Positions 22,601-35,051 of a stretch of 64,000 nucleotides of DNA are shown here, piece after piece. The notes beneath the pieces were generated by a model, which saw only the letters and a list, made by a program, of their open reading frames with translations, was not told the origin of the DNA and searched no databases. The stretch's first letter is position 1. Each line of letters begins with the position of its first letter. A program made the translations under genes and the position numbers. Origin of the DNA: Macrostomum lignano. Lineage: Eukaryota. The stretch spans positions 1-64,000 of the forward strand of contig NIVC01000389.1 in the NCBI GenBank assembly GCA_002269645.1, in the 5' to 3' direction.

Positions 22601-24310
22601 CGGGCTCCTGGGGGGCTGGTGGGGCATGTTGCGCCTTGGCGACTTCCTATCGGCTCACGGCAACCGCTCTGTCTCGCGAGCCTGCCTGTCAGCTTCATAT
22701 GGCTACTGGAAGTTGGCACTCCAAAAGTTCAAGGCCAACCAGTTTAGTTCGACGCCATGTAGTGTGAGCGTCTTGTGTTAATTTCTGAGTTCTATTAGCT
22801 AGTTGATTGTATTGTTGTTGATAATTATTTTGCTTATTTTAGTCACGCGTTTTTCAATGTACTTTTTGTTATTTAGAGTTTATTTTTAGTGTAAACAGGC
22901 CAGAAAGCTAGACGCAAATTTCCAGTCAAGAGTGACTCAGCGGAGGGTCGCGACGGTTTGCAGTGTACCCCGGCTTTGCGCGGCCAGCCAATCACGATCG
23001 GCCTGGACCCCTGGCACGCGGCAAAACAAGTCTACCCGGCCTGAGAAAGCGCCGCGGGTCCAACGCGAGTCGGCTTAACGAGCGGCCGGCCAGACACCCA
23101 CCACCCGGCTTGAGGAGGGGTTTGAAGGGTTTGGAAGTGACGATATATGAAAGTGTGTTTTAGCGGTTGGATCTCGTTCTCGTTTTCCTCTGTTTTCCGG
23201 CCCATGAGTTTGTCCCATTTCCCGGCCGTTCTAGCCTTGTTGCGCTTTGAGGCGCTCGATCTGAATCGACCTCCGGTCTTTGCTTTGCTCCCCCGCCCAA
23301 CCGCAATAGCCTTGCCAGCGTAACGCTCGCGATAATCTTGTCCTGAGAGCGTCGTTGGCAAGCGCGGTTAGATAGGAACTGACGGTTTTGACACAGTACG
23401 TGGCCTCGACCCCGAGGGCCTCAGTGCTGCACTGAAGGGCAGAGCTGGTAGGACTTAGCCAGAGCTCCGCTGAACTGTCAATCCGTCAGGGTCCTCACCT
23501 GAGAGTAGGTTCTGGGAATTAGGCAGGTGGTTAGGAGTCTTTCTCCGTGGTCCTGTGTCGGTTCTCTCTTCTTCCGTTCTTCAGAGCTGAGATCTGCTCA
23601 CCAATCTGCGTTAGCTAATTATATCGTTATTATTATTATCAGTGCTCAAATATTAATTGCGTTGCGAATTACGTTATTAAGGATTGTGTAACTTGAATCA
23701 ACTAATTAAAGCGTCAAGTCTTATCGGTCATTATCAATTAGGATTATCACTCTCTAAATCTGCCTGGAACCGCTCTCAATCGCGTTCGTTATTTACTTGT
23801 ACCGTACCTACGACTATTGGAGAAAGTCTGGTAGGACTCGCCGACCGGCGATAGGCAAATAGGGCCAATAGCTTTAAAATGTCTACATGCTCCAATATAG
23901 GTTTGTCTAAGGCCTAATCTATTTGCCGTATCGCATTTAATTCATCACAGCCGCCTGTCGTCTTTCTGCCACCTGTTCAAGCTGAGTCACCGCTCTGCCC
24001 TGTGCGCGCCCTGCGGTCTCACCTGCACCTGTCACCAGCCAGCGACTCAAGGACGCCGCTCTTCGGCTACGCGGAGGCGAGCTCTCAGCCAGCCAGTTCA
24101 TCAGCTGCCTTCGTGCGTGTCTGGCTGGCTCCAGCTGCAGGTTTCTCCGGCCACAGCATCCAGCGGGGTGGTGCCAGCTTCTGCCAACAATTCAGCTTTT
24201 CAGAATTGGACATTCGCGGGCCCTTGGAGGCTGGAGATCGGTCGCGCGTTCGTGAGCAATCTGAAATCCAGTGTGCTTCGACCTCTCGCTGCAGGTGTTG
24301 TATACCAATT
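19700..24310 (+). mobile_element. Degraded Ngaro/DIRS-type tyrosine-recombinase retrotransposon
   Basis: ORF1 ends in a Ngaro-like Zn finger (CLRFNSEC...CKFRHVCKIQGCLASH). RT motifs PKSDGRVRLIHDLS, MDLKSAY, NYLDD; RNase H-like YTD; YR motifs GMLRLGD, LCPVRAL, GHSIQRGGAS. Many frameshifts; outer limits are approximate. Confidence 0.8.
22758..23949. mobile_element. Solo LTR (1192 bp) inserted in the YR gene
   Basis: TGT...ACA termini with a 4-bp TSD GCCA/GCCG (one mismatch). Removing the insert restores the YR frame KANQFSSTPPVVFLPPVQAESPLCPVRAL. Confidence 0.75.
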
Positions 24311-24342
24311 TAATTGCTCTGATGACCAGAGCATTTCCTAAA

Positions 24343-24470
24343 TGGGAAAGACCAAACGGCATCTACACGAGAGTTACAGAACACTGGCCATTACTGAACA
24401 TCTGCTCACCTGCAAGAGCTGCTGTGACACTAAGCCACACGAAATGATTTTAGTCTTAAGACTGTAGAAT
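24343..24470 (+). mobile_element. Possible Penelope GIY-YIG endonuclease fragment
   Basis: Translates to GKTKRHLHE...AITEHLLTC, which resembles the PLE endonuclease G.T.R.L..R..EH region. Very short. Confidence 0.35.
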
Positions 24471-24860
24471 TTTGTAAGAACGATGACAAACTTAGCTTAT
24501 TAGAGCCTTAGAGGCTATGTACATTAAGGCCCACAACCTACTTTTAAACAATCAGCTAGCCATGGGGTGCTAGCCGTCAGCTTTAACTTTTTTGGCTCGC
24601 TCAAAAACCGGATGAGACTGATTTGATACATGCCACGCCTTTCTGCCCAAAATTGTGTACACAGCTTTGTACTCAAATCAATATATATATAAGAGCAATT
24701 TCTTATTTCGTTTAATAAATTTAATGAGCTCTGATGATTGATGTCCAATGTCCAAACTTAATATTATTGTTCTTTTATGTTGATACTTTATTGTTATAAA
24801 AGAAGCGTCATGTCAGACACACACAGTTTGTTCAAAAGTTTGTATTCCATTCTTTGTTGG

Positions 24861-24889
24861 CTCCCCAACGGGGGGGCACTAATTGCTAG
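24861..24889 (+). mobile_element. Helitron-like 3' terminus
   Basis: CCCC-AAC-GGGG hairpin, then CTAG|T. The paralogous empty site at 7946/7947 reads A|TATAAAACTG, matching the A|T target rule. Confidence 0.6.
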
Positions 24890-25406
24890 TATAAAACTGA
24901 TTGTGTATGGAATGCTTATACTAAGTTATTTTACTAATCCTAACATAAAATACTGTCCCCAAACATGTGCTAGCTATTATAGTATTTTTACTTTGAATTA
25001 ATTTTCTTTGCGCGACTGAGTTTTAATTTAACAATTTTATCAGCACGTTAAATTATTTCGATTAATTACGAGTAATATATAACGATTATTTAAAACACAC
25101 AAGAAACATCAATGATGTGTCTTACGTTTGTCCTTGACTACGAGTATTTAAATTGAATAAATTTTGCTTTTCCACAGTGATTAACATTGTTTAATTGATT
25201 GCTTAAGAATTTATTAAATTTAATTGTAATTAAAAAGAAATTTTAGCTATATAATTTTCAAGATACGTTTTCGCTACGTTTTTACAAAGTGAATCTTTGT
25301 TATAATATTATTCAATTAAATTTAAACGCGAGGTAAAAAATTAACAAATTTGTACTCGTGATAGGAGAGATCTCTTATAAAATTATTACATTAACGGAAT
25401 TGTTTG

Positions 25407-27716
25407 TTAATCAGCGGCGGTCGCGGCGGCTTCTGCGGCTTTCCTTCGGAGCTGCTCGTCTCGAGTTGCGTTCTCGAACTCAAGCTGACTTTGCGCTTGC
25501 TTGCGCCACTGCAGTTTGGAGAAATTGTGGAAGGTTTTTCACAACTTGGTTGAGGGGCAGACTGTCTTGAGATAAAGACTCAGTGAGGACAGAGCCATTC
25601 AATGAGGACAATGAGTTAAAGGGGCCAAAGACTCAATGAAGACACATAATTTAGGACAACAAAGGCTCCGTGAAGACAAAGACTTACAGAGAAAAATACC
25701 AGATCAGGACAAAGAATGCTTAAAGATGAAAGCTGTCTCAGGATGAAGACAATGAGTACAAAGACACAGTGAAGGAAAAGACTCAATGAGGGCAAAGACA
25801 CCATGAGGACAAAGACTCAATGAGGACAAAGACTCGATGACTACAAAGACTCAATGAAGACAGACTCCATGAGGACAAAGACTCAATGAAGACAGACTCC
25901 ATGAGGACAAAGACTCAATGGGGACAAAGACTCAATGGGGACAAAGACTCAATGGGGACAAAGACTCAATGGGGACAAAGACTCAATGGGGACAAAGACT
26001 CAATGGGGACAAAGACTCAATGGGGACAAAGACTCAATGGGGAAAATGACTCAATGAGAACAAAGAATCAGTACCCACCTGATCCTCAACCACTCGCCGA
26101 AGTTCGAATCCTCTCCGAACAGAAAATCCCACAGCTGGTTTGGCGTTAGCGGCTGACAGCGCGATTTCCTGACGAAGGCTGGTCCGTTGGCGCCTACCGC
26201 CCGGCGCTGCACCTGGCACCGCTGGAGTTGGCGCCGGTCGATTGGCGCCATTCGGCGCCAGCGGCTTCCCGACGGTGCCAGACTGCTGTTGCTGGGCGGC
26301 AGCAGCTGGCTGCAGAGGCACCGGCGGAGGCAGAGTGGGAAGGTAGATCAGCGTCAGCGCGTACGCCACGTGACCGATGAGGCCGCCGCCGCCGCCGCCG
26401 ACTCCGCCGCTTCTGCCAGACTTCGAGTTTGACGCGGTCTCCGAGGCGGCGAGTTGGACGAGGCCGCACCAGACTGCGGCCAATGGCAGGCCGTCGAGCA
26501 CCTGGGCGATGCGCTCCCGCCGCTGGCACTGCTCCAGCACCGGCCAGGCCGCCTCGCTCAGGCAGCGGCGAAGGTCGTCCTTGACGGCCGACTGTGGAAG
26601 CAGTTGTTTTTTGTACAGGTTTCAGGCTTCACCTGCCGTAGGTTGAATCTGAGACCCCAGTGAGGGATTAGGGGGGATCGGGTCTGAGATAGCAGTGAGG
26701 GATTTGGGGGGATCGGGTCTGAGATAGCAGTGAGGGATTAGGGGGATCGGGTCTGAGACAGCAGTGAGGGATTAGGGGGGATCGGGTCTGAGATAGCAAT
26801 GAGGGATTAGGGGGGATCGGGTCTGAGACAGCAGTGAGGGATTAGGGGGGATCGGGTCTGAGACAGCAGTGAGGGATTTGGGGGAATCAGGTCTGATATC
26901 CCAGCGGCGCCGGTCACCTTGGCAACAATGTCGAGTCCCTGCAGCGCCAGGTAGCGAATCCGCCAGCAGGTGTCCTCAGCCGCGGCGTCATGATCCGTGT
27001 CGATGCTCCGCAGTGCCAGGGCGGTCAGCGAGCAGGCCGGGTCGCCAGTCAGCGCCAGCTGTCGCCCGGAGCTCGACTGGCCGTCCAGGCAGACGTGGGT
27101 CAGTTGGTGCACAAAGCCAACGGCGAGCTCCCAGGGCCAGGTTGCCATGCCGACGGCGTATCGACCGGCGGCTCGACGCTGGATTAGCGGCTCGCTGGCT
27201 GCGGAGTCCTCCCGCAGCTCTCCGGCGGCAGCGTTGCTACGGTTACTTAATGCAGGAAATGTTGTCGTGGCAACGCTGGCGTCCTCCTCGGTTTCCACTG
27301 GGGCTCCGGTGGTGCTACGGCGACTGTCAGCGGTCGTGGCCGCGGTGGTCTTCGAGTCTCGGCGCTGCTCCGAGTCTGGAATGGTTCAAAATTGTCTGGC
27401 TCGATGAAGGAAGGATTCTGTCAGAATGCACTGACTGTTAGAGGGCGGCTTTGCTCACCAAACTGATTGTTCTCGTTGATAACTATCTCGCGGTCGGCGC
27501 CGAGCTCTTGAAACGCCTTCAGGCACTCGACGTCTTCGCAAGCTGCGTTTCCAACAATTAGCAAAGCCAGGTAGGTGTCAATCCTGTATAGACAATGTAC
27601 TTTTTGCATTTACTTTCAGATGTACTTTTCAAGTCAGTCAGTCAGTCAGTCAGTCAGTCAGTCAGTCAGTCAGTCAGTCAGTCAGTCAGTCAGTGAGTCA
27701 GTCAGTCAGTCAGTCA

Positions 27717-27767
<51 letters not shown>

Positions 27768-27768
27768 A

Positions 27769-27819
<51 letters not shown>

Positions 27820-30049
27820 AGTCAGTCAGTCAGTCAGTCAGTCAGTCAGTCAGTCAGTCAGTCAGTCAGTCAGTGAGTCAGTCAGTCAGTCAGTCAGTCA
27901 GTCAATCAGTCAGTCAGTCAGTCAGTGAGTCAGTCAGTCAGTCAGTCAGTCAGTCAGTCAGTCAGTCAATCAGTCAGTCAGTCAGTCAGTCAGTCAGTCA
28001 GTCAGTCAGTCAGTCAGTGAGTCAGTCAGTCAGTCAGTCAGTCAGTCAGTCAGTCAGTCAGTCAGTCAGTCAGTCAGTCAGTCAGTCAGTCAGTCAGTCA
28101 GTCAGTCAGTCAGTCAGTCAGTCAGTCAGTCAGTCAGTCAGTCAGTCAGTCAGTCAGTCAGTCAGTCAGTCAGTCAGTCAGTCAGTCAGTCAGTCAGTCA
28201 GTCAGTCAGTCAGTCAGTCAGTCAGTCAGTCAGTCAGTCAGTCAGCTCACCAGTTGCCCTGCTGCGCCATCCCGACGCTGCACTCAAGCAGGCCGTCTAG
28301 AGCTCCTTCAAGATCTCCGCCGAGGTGTCTGGCGCATCGCCAGACGTCCAGAGCGTGCCATAGCAGCGGGCTGAGCTCGTGCACCTCGGCAGTCACCAGC
28401 AACCGCAGTTCTGATGAAGCCGCCGGCCCGCCAGCACCAGGCTCAGCCTCCGCCGCTTCATCAGTTGCATCGACATTCTTATCGTCGTCGCTAACCTGAC
28501 CGGCGATCACTTTGCCGACCGCAACGATGAAGCTGTGACAGAAGGCGACGTCGGGATAGGCGGCGTACAGGTGCGCCAGCTGGGAGAAATCCTTCAGGTA
28601 GAGGGCCAGGCGGGAGCGGCTCTCGGCGTGCCTCCTGAGCTGGCCGGTCATGTGGTGGTAGAACAGGCGCAGGAAGGTCGCCTGCCCGACGCGGAGACTC
28701 TTCACTTCGGCGCTTCGGAGTGCGTCAGAGGCTGGCGACTCCGACTGGAGCCAGTAGAGCACGGTCTCGGCGATGTAGAACAGGGCTGGAATCTGGTAGT
28801 AGCCTACGGGAGCCTGCTCCAGCGAGATCACCAGCGTGTCTAGAGCGTCTGTGAAATGGCAGAATGAGGTTCTCTGAGGATGAGCATCTGATCTGAGAAT
28901 GGAGATCTGATCTAAGAATGGAGATCTGATCTGAGAATGGGGATCTCTGGGAATGAGGATCTAATCTGAGAATGGGGATCTGATCTGAGAATGGGGATCT
29001 CTGGGAATGAGGATCTAATCTGAGAATGGGGATCTGATCTGAGAATGGGGATCTCTGGGAATGAGGATCTGATCTGAGAATGGGGATCTGATCTGACAAT
29101 GGTGATCTCTGGGAATGAGGATCTCTGAGAATGAGCATCTGATCTGAGAATGAGGATCTCTGAGAATGAGGATCTCTGAGAATGAGGATCTAATCTGAGA
29201 ATGGGGATCTGATCTGAGAATGGGGATCTCTGGGAATGAGGATCTCTGAGAATGAGCATCTGATCTGAGAATGAGGATCTCTGGGAATGAGCATCTGATC
29301 TGAGAATGAGGATCTCTGAGAATGGGGATCTCTGGGAATGAGGATCAGATCTGAAAATGAGGAATCTGAACTGAGAATGAGGATTTCTGAGAATGAAGAT
29401 CTCTGAGAATGAGCATCTGATCTGAGAATGAGTATCTGATCTGAGAATGAGGGCGAGATTAGCTGTCCACTGTCCCTCCATGACCGCCTCTCGATCTGCG
29501 TATTCTTTTGTCTTATAATGTAATAAATCTAACTTATGGAAGTTTTGGTAAAACTAGCATATAGTTAACAATAAAGTACATGTGTACTGAAGCAAAGTGC
29601 ATGCGCACCCTGATGCACGCGGCCCCGACAGTGGGCCAGAAAGACCAGTTCAGTCCAAGCGAAAGGCAAGTTTACGTGCTGCCCGACGCCGCCGTCGCGA
29701 AGTCCCGCCCGGCGACGGACTCGAGCCAGCAGGCGCTGAGCCTCGGCCTCGCACGCGGTCTTCTCAGTGGCCGACTGGGCAGAATTATACTTTTTAATAA
29801 AAGCGTCGGTGACCTCGAACGGATTCCTGACAGATTGGTTGAGAAAAAGTGGATTAGTGAATTAATAGTCTTGATTAAGTCCTCTTTTAGTGTTGAGGAT
29901 AAACTGGGCTTTTACTTCTTCGATTGAAATCCTTCCTTCTCTTTGCCATCGAGTAGAGCCGCCTGAAGCAGTCTTTCTTGTAGTTCAAGTCGGCGACTAT
30001 GGGATATAATCCCAAACTTGTGCACTACTGGCAAGTGAAGTAGTGGCAT
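25407..30049 (-). CDS. TMEM232: Transmembrane protein 232. Exons 30049-29916, 29826-29609, 28848-28251, 27583-27459, 27375-26918, 26591-26079, 25508-25407
   Basis: Phase-consistent GT-AG model. Family motifs VHKFGIISHSRRLELQERLL, HVNLPFAWTELVFLAHCRG, IPALFYIAETVLYWL, RLFYHHMTGQL, WRIRYLALQ and EDQ|WRK. Confidence 0.85.
25570..26060. repeat. 17-bp minisatellite (GGGACAAAGACTCAATG) in TMEM232 intron 6
   Basis: Perfect units at 25915-26040, degenerate toward the left. Confidence 0.9.
26655..26900. repeat. ~35-bp minisatellite containing TTAGGG in TMEM232 intron 5
   Basis: About 7 units of CAGTGAGGGATTAGGGGGGATCGGGTCTGAGA(T/C)AG. Confidence 0.9.
27633..28245. repeat. (GTCA)n microsatellite filling TMEM232 intron 3
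   Basis: About 150 tetramer units; source of the SQSV ORFs. Confidence 0.95.
28860..29450. repeat. Compound minisatellite (CTGAGAATGGGGATCT variants) in TMEM232 intron 2
   Basis: Tandem variants of 14-19 bp. Confidence 0.9.
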
Positions 30050-31299
30050 TCTTCCAAAGATTCTTGATTAAAAGTCGAGCTAGATTTGTGCAGTTGACAT
30101 GCTGAAGTTTTTTTATTATGTATTGTCAAGTTATATTTTGTTCTATGTTATAGTTATTTTAAACTATATCAAAATATTCCTAAAAAGTAAATTAAACAAA
30201 GGGTAAGTCTAATTATACTAACAGAAATGAGAAATAAGCCATGATTTTCTGCTAAAAGTATGAAAGTCGACAAAAAACTATAAGTACTACAAGTATTATG
30301 CTAATTTCAATAGAAATTACTTATCAGTCTTATAATCAACACACATTAAAAACTTCTTTGGAATATATTTAAACGGTACACCATTTAACATGAAAATACA
30401 AATTTCAGGTTATTTAGTAAAAAATGATGCAGCATGCAATGCCAATAAAAATACTGCCTCGTAGTATTCACAATTCAAAATTCTATTTTTCTTAATTGAA
30501 ATAAATTTAAAGCCCTTATCTCCTTAAGATATATTTATGTCCTTCATTTATGTCCTTAAGACCTTCAAATGAATGACTTCATTATTATTTTCCGAAACTA
30601 GTATAAATATTTGAAGTTCAAGTAGGATCAATGATCGATTATACTACTGTGTACACAACCAAGACAAAACTGAATGTAAATCAAAAATTTGTTGAAATTT
30701 TAGCCAAAACGAAGAACGCACGAACTTCCTAAATGCTAAGGTAAAGAAAATTATTCTCTGCATAAGCATATGTGTAAAATACTGTTTGTTTGTTTTAGAG
30801 TAAAAACTGATTAAATTTTAACAAATAGAAACCTATAAAGAAATTTAAAAAACAACAGCTACTAAAATTGTTATAATAAACATCTCACGGAATGAAATAA
30901 AATTATTTGATAAACGGCTAAATCACAAACGGCAGATTCTTAGATTTTATAATTTTTCTAACAAATAAACAAAAAAATTTAAGGCCTGTAAGAAACGTAT
31001 ATTTACCGTATGCTCTAGAAAACGCTCAAGGGGTTGGGGTTTGGCAATGAACTGCAGATTTAATATCGGTCGAATATATCCAAGCTGCCTAGAAAAAAAC
31101 TTCAGTTAATTGCTAAAGAGTCGAGGTTCGCTGCTTCGCTGAAAAATTCAGACGATGCGGTAATTTACTGGTCGTAAGTAAAAAACGATTATTTAATAAT
31201 TCATTACACGGCTGACTTCTCGAGAAATTAACTGAGGATCAAGAAAAATCCGATCCGTAATGTAGCTATATACATGCAATGTAGCATACAAATTGCAAA

Positions 31300-31570
31300 A
31301 ATTCTGCGGCGTTAAAAATAAGTGCCTGCGTCGCTAAAGTCAGTGCCTGCGGCGCCAAAATAAGTGACGCGGGGCCCAAAAGGAACTTGCATGCATGACT
31401 GCGGGGCCAAAATAAGTGCAGACTGCGGCCGGGCCATGAATATATGCATGACTGCGGGGCCAATTGATAGTTATCTGCGGCACTAAAATGATGGCCGGCG
31501 GCCGCAGCCTACGGTGCTAAAGTGAGTGCCTGCGGTGCCAAAATGAGTGCCTAGGAAGCGCTAAATAAGT
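31300..31570. repeat. Degenerate ~21-bp GC-rich tandem repeat (GCCTGCGG..CCAAAATAAGT)
   Basis: About 11 diverged units forming a GC island in the AT-rich spacer. Confidence 0.6.
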
Positions 31571-34500
31571 GTCAATTTAACGCCAAAAATGATCCCGCAC
31601 AACACCGATTCTAAAAAAATATGTACAGCTGTATACATGCACTGCATGTAGAATTCTTTGCTCCCCCCATAAAATCCATGGCAACCGCCCCTGCTACTCT
31701 GATTCAATGAAAGTGTTTCAGTTGTGCAGAAAGATTGTGAGGTCGTGACGTTGTCGGATGACATTCCGTAAAGCAAAAAGTGAATTATTTAATTTACCCT
31801 GCTGATTTTTTGCAGATCAAATAAAAAAATATACTTTATACATGTAGGCTTGAAACTTTGAAAACTAGAACTATCAAGTCATTGAATTTTTTTTAATCTT
31901 CTCTTTGTGGCCCGAAAAAAACGATTATTCACAAGATTGTAATTTGTTCGAAATGAAACCTCTTGAAACTTCTACGAAACAATCCGACAATAGCGCTCTC
32001 AGCGACGACAGTGTGATGTTTAGGCCTATTGAAATTTCTTGGATCGTATGCACCATCTCTCTAATTTTTGTTACTTATTATTTTTAATGTCTAGTGTAAG
32101 AGGTTTCACTAGCACAACAAAATCTTATACATATTGACGTTATTTAAATGAAAGGTGCTTAGCTAAGCCTATCAATGTTAGGCACTTCAGTGAGAAAATT
32201 AAATTTCAGAAATTGTTATAGGCTGCTATTTCACTAGATAGATCTTACTTTCCCATTTCCAAAATGGCCAAACTTTAGTGATTTGGTTGAGTAATAAGGA
32301 AACTACAGCTATTTTAGTAACCCCGATTTGTGCCTTTAGCCAATGGAATTTTTACATTACGGTTTGTGATCATTTTTGGCCAAAAAGTTGGCTTTTTGTC
32401 TTTGAACACTTGTAATTAATTTTCTAGCCAACCAAAATGACTGTGCTTGGTGTCATTTTGTTCAGTTTTTTAGTGTTAATTGTATGAATTATATATTTTA
32501 ATATTATTTTATATGCCCAAGTTGCTAAGCTAATTGAAACAGGATGGGTGTATGAAATTTTGACTATTTTAACCAGAAACGCAATGATTGCAATTTTAAA
32601 AATACAATAGCATCTGTTCTGCTTGCTTAATTTATACAAGGCTAGTGTCATTTTGTTCAGGTTTTTACCTACTATAATACTATTCTACTTCTTGCCCTAA
32701 ATTTTTAATGCATGACAGACACCCCAACTGCAATGTAATGTGCTGTACAGGCTTTGCGCATGGGTTTATTAAAAAACGGTTTTGTCTATCGTGTTCAGCA
32801 TAGCAGAATTAGTTAAATGACACAGAGAACTAGTTTGCCGGAAGGCAGAGTCTCACAAAAAACACGAAATACACGTTTCAATGGGTATTTTACATGTAAA
32901 CGTATCAAAAAAAGAAACCTCCACAAAATTTTTGCGCCTATAGCTATTGGCAAGCGGTTTTTTTACTGTGCTTGTATTGTCAATAGGTAATGAAAAATAT
33001 AAAGAGAAACAATGCAGGAAAAGGATTTCATGGAAAATTTTGGATTTGAAATTTTGCATAGAGCCATATGGGCATTAAAAGAAAAAAAAATTTTTTTTAA
33101 CACCAGAAAAATGTTTCTAAATTATCCCTTTACACTATAAAACCTTTGTTTCCATTATAAGAAACACATTGCAGCTAAGAAAAAGCATTTTCTGAACCAC
33201 TGTTTTTTTATTCATTTTGGCTTCAATTTTATATTCCTCCTAAAAAATGGTCAACTTTAAAAATAGACAGTGCAAAAAGTATAACAAAGCTAGACTTGCA
33301 GTTGGTGTCATTTGAAAGAGCTCCTTTTTACCTTTTAAATGCATATTTTACTTTCATCCTGGCTTCTATAGTTTCTTTAAAATCGCCCTTGAAAAATTGG
33401 ACTTTTTTCTTACTTTTTTGCCATTGGCACGCACTTCTTATAACTCACTGAAGTCCCTATCAATGTAACAATTTCAGCCTATCATGTAAACTGTAATCAT
33501 CAGTTTAGTTTATATGCCTACTATATGGCAATGTACCATAGGGCCCTACTGAGTTGCTTCAAATCTAAGACATTTAATATGTACTGTTTTGTCCTTCAGA
33601 AGTTGGTGCTAGGCCTAGTTGGTATGTATTTATTCCTGGCATCTATGAGGGATAGGCCTCATCCCTCATAGGCTTATAGATCAGTTAGTTAGGCCCTAGT
33701 GTCAGGTATAGTTGTATAGGTAGAAACTTTAGTAATGCTAGGCCTAAGGCAAGAAAGGGTCATGTAACTTGCTAGAGAATAGGCCTATGATATATGCTAG
33801 GGTCTATGCATGCAAAAGACAAATAAAAAATAGAATTAGGCCCAGCAAATGAATAGGCCTAGCTTTGCAATCTAATTAGGGCCTACATTATATAGGCCTA
33901 GGCTTAGGCCTAGAAAAAAAGCAAATAGACCTAGCCCTCCCTATAAACTATAAAAAAGGAACAAAATTTCTTAGGCTTATCATCTGTTCTGTAATCATAT
34001 AGAGATTAGGGGTCTAATTAAAAAATAATGCTAATTAAGAAAAAAATATATATCATTATCAATAAATCAATATTCTTTTTTTATTATCATAGATCACATA
34101 GTACTATCCATAGGCCTATGGGAGTTGGGACTTTTGATATATGATCCCCTTTAGAAGATAACAAAATTAGGGCCTATAAGTTTAAATTATTCTTAAAATC
34201 AAACTTCAAAATAAGACCACTTTTAAGCTTTTATCATAGCATCAAATCTTGTGTTTTGTTAGGAATATACTATAGAGTATAGCTTTTATTCAGTTTTGTT
34301 ATAAAATCATTTAAATGGTGAATTTATATGCAGATAATTGTAAGATAAAACTAAAAGAGCTTATTGATTGGTTTCAAATAATGTCAATGATCACATCAAT
34401 AATAAAATTATATTATTTTTTTTAAATTTTAAGAAATTTTTGGTAATTCTAATAGGTTTTAGCCTGGGTCTAAAATAAATATTTTGACAGGTATAACTTA

Positions 34501-34583
34501 TATAGTTTGTGATTCTTATATTATTTTATTTACTAGCATTTTAAGGAACTTTAAAATAATTTTAAAAATTCTTAGGCCTAGTC

Positions 34584-35051
34584 TAGATGGTATCCAGTCA
34601 ATCCGGCGACAAGACAATCCGGCGACAGACGATCTGGCGACAGTCAATCTGGCAAAATTCAATCCGGCGACAGATATTAAATCAATGTATATCAGCATAT
34701 TTATGGATTAGTTGAGCTATTTTTTAGCTCTTTATTATTACCTATTAATACTTAAATAATAAAATAACAATTACATAAACTATAATTGTTGCAGTTATAT
34801 TTTTAGAGCTGTATGTAGCTGTTGATTTTCAATATGTTATTTTCAAAGACAATCAATCAATTTAATCTGCTTGGAAAGCAAGTTTCTATGACTATGATCA
34901 ATATTGTTGTATATATTGTATTTGTGACAGATATTGTATTTAATATCTGTTGCCAGATTGTTTGTCGCTGGATTGACTATTGCCAGATTGTCTGTCGCCG
35001 GATTGACTGTTGCCAGATCGTCTTGTCGCCGGACTGTCTGGAAGCCGTCTA
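34584..35051. mobile_element. Foldback-type MITE with ~100-bp TIRs built from 15-bp subrepeats (AATCCGGCGACA)
   Basis: 34584-34680 is the inverted counterpart of 34940-35051. Both ends sit in CTAG; TSD ambiguous. Confidence 0.75.

Noticed and set aside
22933-23989. TGACTCAGC...GCTGAGTCA inverted pair as element ends
   Set aside because: There is no TSD and the right copy lies inside YR coding sequence. The 22758-23949 boundaries fit better because they restore the frame.
27693-28499. SQSV-repeat ORF
   Set aside because: It is a translation of (GTCA)n antisense to a TMEM232 intron.
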